From Octopus sinensis (taxonomy: Eukaryota), in NCBI RefSeq assembly GCF_006345805.1, contig NC_043013.1:9238001-9302000 (forward strand): DNA of 64,000 nucleotides, given 5' to 3'. Below the pieces are notes generated by a model. That model was not told where the DNA came from, ran no database searches, and was given only the letters and a program-made list of their open reading frames with translations. Every line of letters begins with the position of its first letter. Positions within the stretch are counted from its first letter, which is position 1. The position numbers and the translations under genes are program-made. Below, piece by piece: positions 12,385 to 25,908 of this stretch.

Positions 12385-12800
12385 CTTACTCCCCCATACA
12401 CTTTCTGTTACCTAGAATGGAAAAATACTCGCTGCGCTGATTTTATCTGAGGCTATTCTGAACTTTTGTTTGTTTGTTCACAACATTAATCAACACAAAC
12501 TTAATTCCGAGACTTGAAGTAAATTTCAAACTGAGCTTTCACTATCGTTCTCTCTCCCGCCTTGATTTGTATTTTTTTCCCTTCTTCTTCTTCTTCTTCT
12601 CCGTCTACCCTACTCCACATCATCCCCCACTTCTTTCATTCGTTCTGTCTATCGCGGTTGAACGTTCGCCCTTTCTCTTCAAAAGTATAAAATCTTTTTA
12701 CGTCTTCAGGTATTGATTATATTTTTTTGGATCAAGTTAATACATTTTTAAAGAGATTTTACTCAGACTTGGACACACGCACACACATCCATAATATACA

Positions 12801-13022
12801 ATGGGCAATATCGAAGAATTGGTACTATCAAAAATCAACAGCAAAAAGGTTGTGATATTTTCCAAATCGTTCTGTCCATTTTGTTCCAAAGCCAAACAGG
12901 CTTTCAAAGATCACATTGGTAGCATCATCACTCCTGATGATTATGAAGTGATGGAATTGGAAGATCATCCAGATGCAGAAAAAATCTTGGATTACTTGCT
13001 AGATTTCACTGGATCCAGAACG
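12801..13022 (+). CDS. GLRX: Glutaredoxin (dithiol, Grx1-like), coding exon 1
   Basis: ATG at 12801 in ATACAATGG context. Encodes MGNIEELVLSKINSKKVVIFSKSFCPFCSKAK...DYLLDFTGSRT (74 codons), with the CPFC active site at 12873-12884. Ends at a canonical ACG|GTAAGT donor, phase 0. Confidence 0.95.
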
Positions 13023-13445
13023 GTAAGTTAACATGGTATCTTGTTACTTTTGTTATTTACTAGCTTTTTATCGCCAAATATCGTTTAGTAAGCCTTACCA
13101 TTAGTTACGACACGAAGGAATTTTTTTTAAAAATTTTATTTTTATCTCTCTTTCCTGTGTCATAAATTTACATCATCCTCACCACCAACATTGTTGTCAC
13201 CATCGCTACCGTCATCATAATCGTCGTCATCATCATTAATAACAACTACAACCTCTCATCGTCATCAAGTTGACATAATGTTGTATATTTAGAGTTGACG
13301 CGCTTTTTATTATTATTATTATTATTATACATCCCAGTCCAGTGTTAACAATGTATATCAATTTAGCTGGACCAATTATTTTACCTTTTCATTTTTGTAT
13401 CATTACTATATACTATATTTCACTAAAAACGTTTATACATTGTAA

Positions 13446-13480
<35 letters not shown>

Positions 13481-15235
13481 GAGAGAGAGAGAGATATGTA
13501 AATTTAATTTCCTCCGAAGTGCCGACTATAATTTTGTTTTTGTTGTTAGTGTTACTGTTATTAACTCTTTGCCTATAACAAAAAATCTGCTTGATGCTGT
13601 ACCTGCCCTGTTCCGGAGCAAACATATGTCAAACCACTTCAATCATATCTAATAAAATAATATGTGTAATTTTCTCGTATGTCATGTAATTGTTTTAAAG
13701 TGAGTTGGAAATTTCCACTCACCCTCTGGAAGCTCTCCAAAGTGAGCAATTTTAAACCGAGGAACAAACCTCCGCCTGTCTTAGAACGAAGTCTCCTCCT
13801 CACACTTGTCTTTCACTTTCTCCACACTCTTTCCTTTTTACGTTTTACTCTAGCGAAGCATTATCGTTGCATTCCTCCTTGTTTTACCGTTTTAATAGAC
13901 GTATTTGAAAGCAGACACCGAAAATAAACATCTAATCAATAGTGATTAGAAGTGATTGTTTAGTTTAATTTAAAGAGATAATCGTATGTTTGTATCTTCT
14001 TTTGTTATGAAAAGGTTGGGCCGACCATAATTGACAGCTAAATACACACTACTACTTTTAACAATGCGTGGCTAAGCAAATAATTATTTGCAGTAGACTT
14101 AATTGCTTTCTATTAATTTTTGAAGCATTTACTGCTATTTGTTCACTTTTATTGCTTTTTGCGGGAAGAAACAAATATATCAAGTACCTGTTCTTATTAA
14201 AAGTTTCAACGCCCCAACTGCTTGGATTATATTAGCACGTGTTTTAACTCCATAAGGTCTAGGTATCGCGCTAGTATTTCAGGGATCGTTATCATCTTTA
14301 CCCTGGTAAAGATGATAGCAGTTTGTATCATCAGTTTTAAATTTTATATCGACGGTATTTGTAATAAATGTTGAAACATTCACGTTTATTTCCGTTTCTT
14401 TCTTTTTTTCTTGTAGATATCCGCTTACTAGCACCAGATAAATGACTATTTCTAAAATAGATTATAAAGTTTCTTTCTTATAAAGATTAAAGGCATTCTT
14501 CATGACTATCCTATGAGGTGTCTCACCCTTCGTACTACCTCGAATTTGCCCTTTACAGGCACACAGCTCCTATGTATCAATCCGACAGGAATGTACGCTC
14601 CTTCAGTTTGCAAGCACATGCTATGTCATTTGATATCTCAATGATGTACTTAATATTTCTTGCTATTTGACCCGACATTTAGTAGTTTCTTTGAAAATAA
14701 CTTATACACTTCATAAAACTAAAGGGAGAGGCGCAGGGTTTTAACTATGACGATGTTGTATTAACTAAACAAATATTTTCCTATTTCGCTCCTTAGTCTA
14801 AATGTTGATTCCCATAAATTCACTATATCAGATGCACTGCCGAAAACATCCGCTTCTTATACGAGCCAACGAAGAAGCCTCTACATAGTCGCTCGGTCGG
14901 TCGGCTAGAAATAGATGTAGCATTCTTTCGACTTACATCGAAACACTTGGCTTTTAAAACAACGCAGTCCCAGATGTATGAAAAGGGGTTGGTTAAAACT
15001 GGTACACCTTTGATCATAAGATATCTTGATCGCGTTTGACCAAACAAGAATGATATAACTGTTGTTTGTATGTAGAGCAAATCATCTTCACCAGTAGAGC
15101 AGGTTGCCAGCGCCCGGGGCAAGGCATGTGTTACAGGAAAAGCGCGCTATTTTATTTTCGCTTTTTATTGTATATTACTCTTTTTATTTTATAATTTTGA
15201 ACTGTTGCTCCAAGGTCCACTGCCCACAAACCCCA

Positions 15236-15478
15236 CGCTATACCTATTTCTTTATTACCCACAAGGGGCTGAACATAGAGGGGACAAACAAGGACAGACA
15301 TAGGTATTAAGTCGATCACATCGACCCCAGTGCGTAACTGGTACTTATTTAATCGACTCTGAAAGGATGAAAGGCAAAGTCGACCTCGACGGAATTTGAA
15401 CTCAGAACGTAACGACAGACGCAATACCGCTAAGCATTTCGCCCGACGTGCTAACGATTCTGCCAGCTCACCGCCACC
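15236..15478 (-). mobile_element. Nin/Deu-domain tRNA SINE, CpG-intact copy (most abundant repeat in the window)
   Basis: Core gaggtcgactttgcctttcatcct.tc...gtcga..aaataagtacc. Many further copies, e.g. 17148-17365, 30617-31020, 42105-42500 and 56270-56885. Confidence 0.85.
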
Positions 15479-16333
15479 ATTGAGCTTTATGGAGGATATA
15501 TCCCTGTCCAAGTTGTCATGCTAGAGGTGTTAAACTCATCCAAACAAACTGACCAAACTGTCGTTTTAAATGCTGCAGATTGCCGATGCTTCAACTTAAT
15601 GGAGCGAAACGATGGAATTTGAGGAAAATTAAAGTAAAGTTACTAGCGGCCCATCCTTGGGTTTAGTACTTCATTTTCGCTTTCATCAGTCAGCAATGGT
15701 AATAACATTTTGTTTGGCGACCAGCAAAGGCATATCTTTTTACATGTTTCAGTTATTGTACAACAATAATGGTGTGGCACTGCCTTAAAGGGTTTAGTCG
15801 AACAAATCAATTTCAAGTCTGGTACTAAATCAATCGGCATGTTTTTGCCGAACCTCTAAGTTATGAAGACATAAACAAACCGACACCGGTTGTCTAGCGG
15901 TGGTGGACTACAAACACAAAGACGCACGCGCGATTGCACACAAACACACACATGACAGGATTCCTCACAGTTTCTGTCTATCAAATTCATTCACAAGGCA
16001 TTGATCATCTTGGGATAACATTAGAAGACCCTTGCCCAAGATAACTGTGTGGTGGGACTGAACCCGAAGTCACATGGTTGTAAAGTGAGCTTCCTAACCT
16101 CACACTTATGTCCTATAAGTGTCAGTGCCACATAAAAGCGCCTGTGCTAGCATCATGTATAAACACCCAGTACATTCTGTAAAGTGGCTGGCATTAGGAA
16201 GGGCATCCAGTCGTAGAAACCATACCAGCGTCCCATAGCATGGCACCTTGGGCAAGTGTCTTCTATTGCCTCAAGCCAATGACCAAAGCCTTGTGAGTAG
16301 GTTTAGTAGATGGAAACTGAAAGATGCCTCCCG

Positions 16334-16366
<33 letters not shown>

Positions 16367-17706
16367 ATATAAATGTATATATATATATATGTATGTATAT
16401 ATAAATGTATATATCTATATGTATGTATGTATATATAAATGTATATATCTATATGTATGTATGTATATATAAATGTATATATCTATATGTGTATGTCTTT
16501 ACATCCATTTTTGTCCACCTCCACCTCTCGACAACTGATGTTGGTGTGTTTACATCCCCATAACTTAGCCGTTCGGCAAAAATGGACCAATAGAATAAGT
16601 ACCAGGCTTCAAAAAAAAAAAAAAAATTCCTGTGGTTGATTTGTTTGACTAAAACCCTTCATAGCAGTGCCCCAGCATGGCCACAGTGAAATAACTGAAA
16701 CAAATTAAAGATTTTAGAAAATGATATATGCACACATGCATATTTATAAGATACGAATGTGATAAGGCCAAAATGCAAAGTGGAACTATAAAGTGAAAAC
16801 AGAACATTGTTCTATTTCCATTTTTGTAGTTCATTTTGTATTGTTTTGGCCTGAAGTTCTTATCCAATTTAATATCACACAATACTTCACCCTAGCTAAT
16901 TATATTCTAATATTTATACATTCATGTATGTATGTGTGTGTGTGTTAGAGTTGACTTGAGTAGTGTCAAGTGTTTCCTACTCTAGCTCAGAGCCAACCCA
17001 AATCTTGTTAGTGGATTTGGTAGGCAAACTGAAAGAAGCCTGTTGTATATATATATATCCTCCTCCTTATCATCATCAGTTATATGTGTATTATATATAT
17101 GCAATATATGTATATACATATGTGTGTGTACTATATATGTATATATGAAAGGTGGCGAGCTGGCACAATCGTTAGCACGCGGGGCGAAATGCTTTGCGGT
17201 ATTTCGTCTGCCGTTATGTTCTGAGTTCAAATTTCACCGAGGTCGACTTTGCCTTTCATCCTTTTGGGGTCGTTTAAATAAGTACCAGTTATGCACTGGG
17301 ATTGATATAATCAACTTAATTCGTTTGTCCTCTCTGTGTTTAGCCCCTTGTGGGTAGTAAAGAAATATATATATATGTATATATCAAAGGGTAAAGACCC
17401 CCTTCGGTCATGAATAATCATGGGATTCCACCTAGAAAGTTCCCCTCCGAGGTACAAGTCTGGGCAAAGTTGTTCATGGAAAACCAGCAGTTGCCCATGC
17501 ATACCAGCCTTCTGTCTCCATACCACTGATGTTATCCAAAGGAAAAGTAAAGACCAATACAGCTTGGCGCCATTGACATCGCAGCTCATTTCTACACAGA
17601 CACACAGCCTGGTCTAGGAATTGAACTCACAACCTCACGATTGTGAGCCTGACACTCTAACCATTGAGCCATGTGCCTATATGCATACACACACATATAT
17701 ATATAC

Positions 17707-17766
<60 letters not shown>

Positions 17767-17863
17767 TATATACACAATATATATATATACATATATACAC
17801 ACACACACACACATATAAGAGGGAAACCACTATGTGGACACCCTTATGCTAGAAATAGATCCG

Positions 17864-17897
<34 letters not shown>

Positions 17898-17899
<2 letters not shown>

Positions 17900-18372
17900 A
17901 AGTAAGTTAGGGGTTGTGGACCCAACCCACTAAGGGATAATACTTATCCAATATACTGTTGGTATAATATATCCAAATTATTAATGCACAAGTGTTTTTA
18001 ATTGCAATGCAATTTACTTACTTATTGTATTAAATGGGTGAAGCTAAAGAAATATTTTACCATTAATTTATAATACAAATAAGAAAATGGAGAAACAATT
18101 TAGTTGGTTTATCAGCTTTAGGATATTACAATCTTGACTTATTTATTTAACAAAACAAGAACCATGATAACATACATATATACAGTATAAAATTCAATAC
18201 ATTAATGTTTTTTTAATAACTACTTGTATTATTATCTTATATGTATTGAATTTTATACTGTGTATATGTATGTTATTATGGTTGTAGTTTTGATAATTAA
18301 ATAAGTCAACATTCTAATATCCTAAAGCTGATAAACCAACTAATGTGCTTCTCCATTTTCTTATTTGTAATA
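17898..18372. repeat. (TA)n-flanked repeat with a 132-bp inverted repeat (arms 18071-18202 and 18241-18372)
   Basis: Arms are reverse complements at roughly 85-90% identity by eye. A single arm recurs at about 36110-36245. Confidence 0.8.
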
Positions 18373-18413
18373 TATATATATGTGTGTATGTATATATATA
18401 TATATATATACAT

Positions 18414-18465
<52 letters not shown>

Positions 18466-18601
18466 CATATATATATATACATATATATATATACATATAT
18501 ATATACATATATATATATACATATATTATATACATATATATATATACATAATATATATACATATATATATATACATATATTATATACATATATATATATA
18601 C

Positions 18602-18632
<31 letters not shown>

Positions 18633-18648
18633 CATATAATATATACAT

Positions 18649-18683
<35 letters not shown>

Positions 18684-18866
18684 TATATACATATATATAT
18701 ATACATATATATACATATATATATATACATATATATATATACATATATATATATACACATATATATATATACACATATATATATATACATATATATATAT
18801 ACACATATATATATATACACATATATATATATACACATATATATATATACACATATATATATATAC

Positions 18867-18897
<31 letters not shown>

Positions 18898-18961
18898 CAT
18901 ATATATATATATTTATATATATGTATATATATATATGTATATATATATATTTATATATATG

Positions 18962-18992
<31 letters not shown>

Positions 18993-19003
18993 ATGTATGT
19001 ATA
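18373..19003. repeat. Compound (TA)n/(CATA)n microsatellite of about 630 bp
   Basis: Directly visible; source of the IYIYIY ORFs. Confidence 0.95.
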
Positions 19004-19416
19004 TAAAGGCTTAACCTGTTGTAGTTATATAGCACTTTAATGGCAGACATAGTTGAGAACTGATGGTCAGGAGGTATAAACCGAAAGATAAAAATTGGCC
19101 AAGCTAACCGTTAAATGTCAAAGGATGGGAGAAACACAGCAAAAGTAACTGGTAATAAATTACAGGTGAAAAATAACCTCCTCTTCCTCCTCCTTCTCCT
19201 TCTCCTTCTCCTCGCCAGATGAAAAGTCCTGTTACTTATTTTGCAGGTAGTAGAAATGGTATGGTAAGCAACAGCAACAGCAGCAGCAACATCCCTGAGT
19301 AGTTGTAAAGTCAGTTTGACATTAGGAAAGATATTTAGATGAGAGCCAACATAAGTTTACTTCACAGTTCATTGATAATTATTTAATACCAGCAGTGCCA
19401 GTAGCAGCAGCAGCCA

Positions 19417-19800
19417 GTGGAGGTGCAATGGCCCAATGGTCAGGGCAGCGGACTCGCGGTCAGAGGATCGCGGTTTCGATTCCCAGACCGGGCATTGCGT
19501 GTGTTTATTGAGCGAAAACACCTAAAGCTCCACGAGGCTCCGGCAGGGGCAGCTGGCGACCCCTGTTGTACTCTTTCACTCCAACTTTCTCTCACTCTTT
19601 CTTCCTGTTTCTTGTCCCCGACTTCCTACGCCACCGCTGAGCCTGGATGTGCATTTAACCATCCGTCGATGCTCTCGGTGTCGGGGTGGTTGACCTGCTT
19701 TCTCTTCTGCGGGTCTTACGAATAGCAAAGGACCACGTTTCGGACTCCTCCCACTGGACGAAGACCGTTACGCTCAACAGCAACAGCAACAGCAGCAGCA
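19417..19800 (+). mobile_element. tRNA-derived SINE with shared head and a distinct 3' tail
   Basis: A and B boxes (tggcccaatggt...ggtttcgattccc). Head shared with the 9603 and 56895 copies; ends in (CAGCAA)n. Confidence 0.7.
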
Positions 19801-20967
19801 TCACCACCACCACCACCAGCACTACCACCATAATCATCATCACTAGTTTGATGTCCATTATCCCGTCCATGGGTTCAGATGGAATTCATTGAGGCAGATT
19901 TTCTATGGCTAGATGCCCTTCCTGTCATTCGACCCTCACTTGCTTCCAAACAGAGTAATATTTTTCCCATGACCAGGCAGGTTTTCACAGAAGACTGTGT
20001 GGGAATGAGACCATTTACAACTGTCACTACACTCTCGGAGTGGTTGGTATTAGGAAGGGCATCCAGCTGTAGAAACTCTACCAAATCAAGATTGGAGCCT
20101 GGTGCAGCCATCTGGTTCGCCAGCCCTTAGTCAAAATTGTCCAACCCTTGCTAGCATGGAAAGCGGATGTTAAATGAGGATAATGATGATGATGATGTGA
20201 GGTCACAACAAGGAAACACAAACACACACACACAGACATGCTTCTTTCAGCATCCCCTTCCAAATTCACTCACTCTAGCCTAGGGCCAACATGCCGTGTA
20301 GTAGGACTGAACTCAAAGCCATGTGATTGGAAGGCAAACTTCTTAACCACACAGTCGTGCCTGCTGCAGACAAAACATGAACGCTTTGCTATTTTCAGAC
20401 AAGGTAGCCAAAAAAATATATATGACTCCTACTTAATAGTCCTCTGGATGCTAACATATTTATCATTCCTTTTATATGATTCACTCATTGGTTGCATAAC
20501 AAACAATTCTTGCTAGTATTCAGAACATACCATCCAGTGCTGTCACCATTACTGACTTAGGTTGACCACTTGACTGAAACCTTCTGACTTCATATCCTAC
20601 CACTCTATTACATCATGGGTAATTTAATAAGCATTTCTGGGCCACTTAGTTGGCAGCAAAGCCAACAAGAGACCTTCTAGGTAATTTAATCAATTAGCTG
20701 AAAAACAAACTTCTCGTTAACAAATTCTTTGCCATTTTTACAATTGGCACTCATCATCATCACTATCATCATTTAATGTCCACTTTTCCATGCTTGCACG
20801 GGTCAGACGGAATTTGATGAGACATATTTTCTATGGCCGGATGTCCTTCATGTTGCCAGCCCTCACCTGCTTCCAAGCAAGGTGATGTTTCTTCATGGCC
20901 AGATAATGTTGTTTTGTTAAAGATTGGAAACAAACGATGTCACTTGTTTATAAATTTGATTCCAAAA

Positions 20968-21019
20968 CAAAGGATACACCCAAAGGATACACCCAAAAGA
21001 TACACCCAAAGGATACACC
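20968..21019. repeat. 13-bp tandem repeat, 4 copies (CAAAGGATACACC)
   Basis: Directly visible. Confidence 0.9.
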
Positions 21020-21084
21020 CAAAAATGCATGCACCGTACACATGTACATGCATGTGCTCACACATTCATACATATATTTTATTT

Positions 21085-21470
21085 TTTTTACTTGTTTCAG
21101 TCATTTGACTGTGGCCATGCTGGAGCACCGCCTTTAGTCGAGCAAATCGACCCCGGGACTTATTCTTTGTAAGCCCAGTACTTATTCTATCGGTCTCTTT
21201 TGCCGAACCGCTAAGTGACGGGGACGTAAACACACCAGCATCGGTTGTCAACCAATGCTAGGGGGACAAACACACACACACACACACACATATATATACA
21301 TATATACGACAGGCTTCTTTCAGTTTCCGTCTACAAAATCCACTCACAAGGCATTGGTCGGCCCGGGGTTATAGCAGAAGACACTTGCCCAAGATGCCAT
21401 GCAGTGGGACTGAACCCGGAACCATGTGGATGGTTAGCAAGCTACTTACCACACAGCCACTCCTGCGCCT
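21085..21470 (-). mobile_element. CORE-type tRNA SINE, full length (also 29235-29620 and 63338-63765 plus)
   Basis: tRNA head, ggcaccttgggcaagtgtctt CORE-like motif, internal (TA)/(TG) microsatellite and ...aaatgactgaaacaagtaaaaga tail. Confidence 0.85.
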
Positions 21471-22377
21471 ATGATGAACTTATCTCAAATTCCACTCCAA
21501 AATCCACTCACAAGACTTTGGTCAGCCTGGTGCTATAATAGAAGACACTTGTCCAAGGTGCCATGCATTGGAACTGAACCTTAGACCACATAGTTTCAAA
21601 GCAAGCTCCTTGACCACAGATCTATGCCTGCACCTAGCCACACTATTATGTTCTTTAAAGACTTTTGATGACCTTAATATTTTTTTAACTTTGTGACCCA
21701 GATGAAAAGGTGAATTGGCAGAGTCAGTAAGGTATACCACTGCATTGTGGTAGTTGTTCCAACCCCCTGCTTTTTAAGTTCAAGCCCTACCGGGGTTTAC
21801 TTTGCCTTTCATCAGTTCAAGGTCACTAAAATGCATAGCAATCTAGAGGGAGATAGGTGGAACTGTTAGAGTATCAGATGGAAAGCCTTGTGGTGTTTGC
21901 TTTGGTCCTTTCTGTTCTGACAGTAATGCCTGTAATGACACCGATACCAAGTTATGTTGGTCCTAAACTGAACACACAACTCCACATGCACTCCCCCCCA
22001 CACCTATATGTGCATATGTATGTGTGTATGTATGTATGTATATACGTATGTATGTGAATGATGAGCTCTTTTCAATTTCTGTCGACCGAATCTACACACA
22101 AAACTTTGATCAACCTAGGACTATAGCAGAAAACACATGCTTGAGGTGTTGCATAGTGGGATTGAACCCCAAACCACAAGGTTTGGAAGCAAAAGGCACC
22201 TACACAAATGCACTTTGGTTTACACAAATATAATCTTTGTGGCTTAGGACAGGTTCCACATTTGAGATAACATATCCTTGACTAGATATGCAGAGCATAT
22301 ACTCTTGTTTAATTAGTTACTTTTTTGTCTGATATACATTCAAGCAGAACTTATTATTATTGTAATTATTATTATTA

Positions 22378-22625
22378 TTACTTCCGGTTTAGCAAAGGCA
22401 GAGGTATTGTTTTCAGTTGTGTTTGTTTGTTTGTCCATGGACAAGATATCTCAAGAACTGCTGGATGGATTTGGATGAAACTTTCAGGAATGTTTGGCCT
22501 CATGACTAGCATGAACTGATTAGATTTTGGGTTCGATCTGGTACTGGACAAAGATTCTGGATTATTTTTCTTGTTTTTTTACTTAATTTTTGAGAGCAGT
22601 AAGGTTCATTTTTAGTATTCTCGTT
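22378..22625 (+). mobile_element. Helentron/DINE-1-like non-autonomous element remnant
   Basis: ttacttcc...aaggcagaggtattgttttc, then (GTTT)n and ggatggatttggatgaaacttt, the typical layout of this class (inference). Confidence 0.5.
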
Positions 22626-25092
22626 TGCCTGGCATGCTAACAATTCTGCCAGCTCACTGCCTTAATAATAATAATGATAATCTTATTGGCCCATTGTAAG
22701 CATTGCTCAGGTACATTATGACTCGTTGGAAAAGGGTGAAAGAGGACGCGGAAAACAGCATTAAGTCAAGTAAAGAACATCAACAGTGAAAGCCAAAAGT
22801 CATGCTCAATACACAGAATAAAAAAAGAGAAAAGATAGAATAAAGGGAAGAGTAAAAGATCCATAAAAATAAGGTGTGTAGGCATGACAGGGATAGTGTT
22901 GAAGCTGGTAAATAATAAACTAGAAGCAATGTGAATGCTATCATTGAAAAGAAACACTAGACTGTTGAGAAAGGTTAGTAATGATTTGTATCAACATAAG
23001 AATGGAAACAAAAGCAAAAAGGTCAAAAGAGATGTATGTTGATGAGCTGTGATGAGATGAAACAGAGGTCAGCATTTCAGGTAATGTCTTTCATCAGTGA
23101 AGTGTGTCACATTAGCATTGGTGCTGGTGCCACATAAAAAGCACTGGTGCTGATGTCACGTAAAAAGCAGCATTTGAGCATGATTGTTACCAGCGTCGCC
23201 TGACTAGGACTTGTGCCAGTGGCACGTGAAAAAATATTCGAGCAAGGTTGTTGCCAGTGCTGCTGGACTGGCTCCTGTGCAGGTGGCATGTAAAAAACAC
23301 CATTTGAGTGTGGCTGTTGCCAGTACCGCCTGACTGGCCCTCGTGCCAGTGGCATGTAAAAGCACCCACTACAAACTGAAAAAGAATGACAATGGGTTAG
23401 TACTAGACTAACAGGAACACAAGTTGTTTGAATTTTGCAATGTCTCCATAAGTCCTGCTTAAACAGATCTATGGTACACAGATAACTGGCCAAATATCTG
23501 GATGTAAACCACAGGTCAAACACTCAAGATATTAAGTACTTTTATCTTGTGGATACATGCTTGGGATGTTGGGGACATGGAGTTTTCAAATTTTCCATTC
23601 TTTGACCAATATTCTAGTCACAATGACTTAATCTTCTTTTGTGTTCAAGAATTGATATTTGCTCCTGTTTTTCAGATTGTAAAGATCAGTTAACAGAGAT
23701 CTTTTTGCCTGCAATTGCTTGCGGGTCAAGGCTACTCTTTTTGTCTGATGCAGTTTTGGACAGTTATAGTGCTCGGCTGAATTATAGAGTAGAATGGTAG
23801 CCAGATGTTAGAGACAGAAATGAACATATTCTCACTCCTACCTTCTTTTAGGGATGGTGGAGATTATTCTTACTATCTTACAAATGCATTTTCACTCATT
23901 TACTACTGTATTTCTGTTGGAATACATTGCCTTTGTTTTAATTGATTTTCAAAATAATGAAGAATTTATTGAAGTAATTTCATCTTTATTAATCTCATCT
24001 TTGGAACATAAATTGGTATGAAATTTTAAAAGAAAGGTTCTGATGAAATTTTGATGAAGCTGATCAGTTAAACTTAGATCACTTTAAAATAGGTAGATTG
24101 TAAATTAAATCTCTTTAAAACAGAAAGTTTGTATCATAAAAACCGCAGGTGGTCTCAGGTGCGTTGGTATGAAACAATGATCTTACTACATAATATATAA
24201 AAATAACAATAAATCAACTAATATACTAATATTGCGGTGCATCACATGACAGCCAAGATAGTAATGTGTACAGTGTTGCTATAACAACACCATGCTGATG
24301 ATACAACAATATGTTGAATTAAAAAAAAAACCTTCATTATAACATGTGACAATCACATTGCAATAATGAGCTAGTGAGCTAATAATGACCATCTCTACAT
24401 GGTCATTTGACCTGCTAAAAATAACAGCAAATATCCTCCAAAACACACCCTACTGTCTTAAAAACGAAGTGTTCATTAGATAACGTAGTATTGGATATTA
24501 CACTTGTCCCAAAAATACAAGATGGGATGGTCCTGAATGGAATACTTTTAATTAAAGGTTTTCTTGGTTAGAGTTGACCATGAGCTAACATCAACAATGA
24601 GCCAATGAAGGAGCCTCTACATAGTTTTTCAACCTGCGAGAAATAGCAGCCAACCAAATGCCCTCAAATCACAACCTGCCGTTTTAGAAAAGGATTGTTT
24701 GCATAATGTCAGCGTGGTGTCATGGACATGTCTTTTATCATAAGTTTGTTTAAGTGCTGACCTGGGGCTAAACAATAACAGCACTAGAAACAAAGCTACA
24801 ACCCCTTAACACAGGATACCCCAAATCCCAGATTATATTTCTATAAAAGCTAGGATAAGGCAAATGACAATGAAGACCTAATGACATACATAAAATAATT
24901 CATTTTGTAAATAGATACCAAAATCAGTATTTAAACTTATTAATAAATATAATCATAACATCATCAACCTTCATAACCAAACCACAAACCCAACTACAGC
25001 ATTCTGGTATATTTCCAAACACTATGATAGGGAGAGTCTTTAATGACCACAACACATCTGAGTTCAAAAGCAATACAGGTAACTCTAGAGAG

Positions 25093-25214
25093 CAGTGCTC
25101 TGCAACCGGTATATTGTGGCAAACTGGTATGCCACAAGATGACGCTAGGTGTGCCGCCAGAATTTTGAAAAGAATATAAGTGTACCATGAATGAAAAAAG
25201 ATTGCCAAGCATTG
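25093..25214. mobile_element. hAT-type MITE
   Basis: cagtgctctgcaacc.../...gattgccaagcattg termini, with ctctagag / ctctagtg as a degenerate 8-bp TSD. Confidence 0.6.
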
Positions 25215-25257
25215 CTCTAGTGGCAACATAATAACATAACTTCTAAACTTTATTTAT

Positions 25258-25475
25258 ATCTTTTGTTACTGTATTTATTTTGAGATGCTTTGTGTTTCTT
25301 TCAATTACTTTAAATATAACAAAGAATTTAGTAAAATAACTTAGTTATCATTAAACAAGTGTTAGGAACATAAATTGTGACTAAGGTTTGGTGGAAGATT
25401 TTAATTCAAAACGTATGAAAACAAGACATTTGTACTCAGAGACAGACGGTTTCAGCCGGATTGGTAACAAAAGGG
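25258..25475. mobile_element. piggyBac-type MITE (same family as the partial copy at 1-140)
   Basis: Right end ggtaacaaaaggg|TTAA; left end degenerate (ttat|atcttttgttact). Confidence 0.65.
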
Positions 25476-25908
25476 TTAAGCAACTTGTACCTATACCAGT
25501 ATACTCTCATGTATTGCCTAACTAAAAACCAAAATTTCTCTCCAGTACAATATTTTCTGCACCACTGACACTTAACTACTGAAACCATGTGGCAGTCTTC
25601 TAATTCCTTTTCCATTAGCTGTCCACCACCACCACCACCACCATCATCTTTATCATTGTTGACTTTGTCATCATTGCCAACATCATTATTCACATCACAG
25701 CACATGCCTATGTCATTATCATTTCATCATCATCATTGTTCAATATGTGTCTTCCATGCTGGCATGGACTGAATAGCTGGACAGGATCTGATGAACTACA
25801 GGACTGAAGCAAACTCCAGTGACTGCTTTACCGTGGTTTCTACAACTGGTTGCCCTTTCTTATACCAACTGTGTGTACTGGGTTTTTTTTTTCCTTTTTT
25901 TTGTGTAA

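Noticed and set aside
12801-12818. N-myristoylation signal (MGNIEE)
   Set aside because: Acidic residues occupy the positions where Ser/Thr is favoured.
18306-19006. Long ORFs of 100-208 aa (IYIYIY...), and similar ORFs at 3843-4161, 11029-11472, 37848-38048, 39340-39570 and 45934-46318
   Set aside because: Translations of (TA)n, (CAT)n and (AAT)n microsatellites; no splice, codon or domain support.
20531-20697. Minus-strand segment between a strong acceptor and a gtatgt donor
   Set aside because: Stops in all three frames from that acceptor; the open sub-segment (GYEVRRFQSSGQPKSVMVTALD) lacks a credible acceptor.
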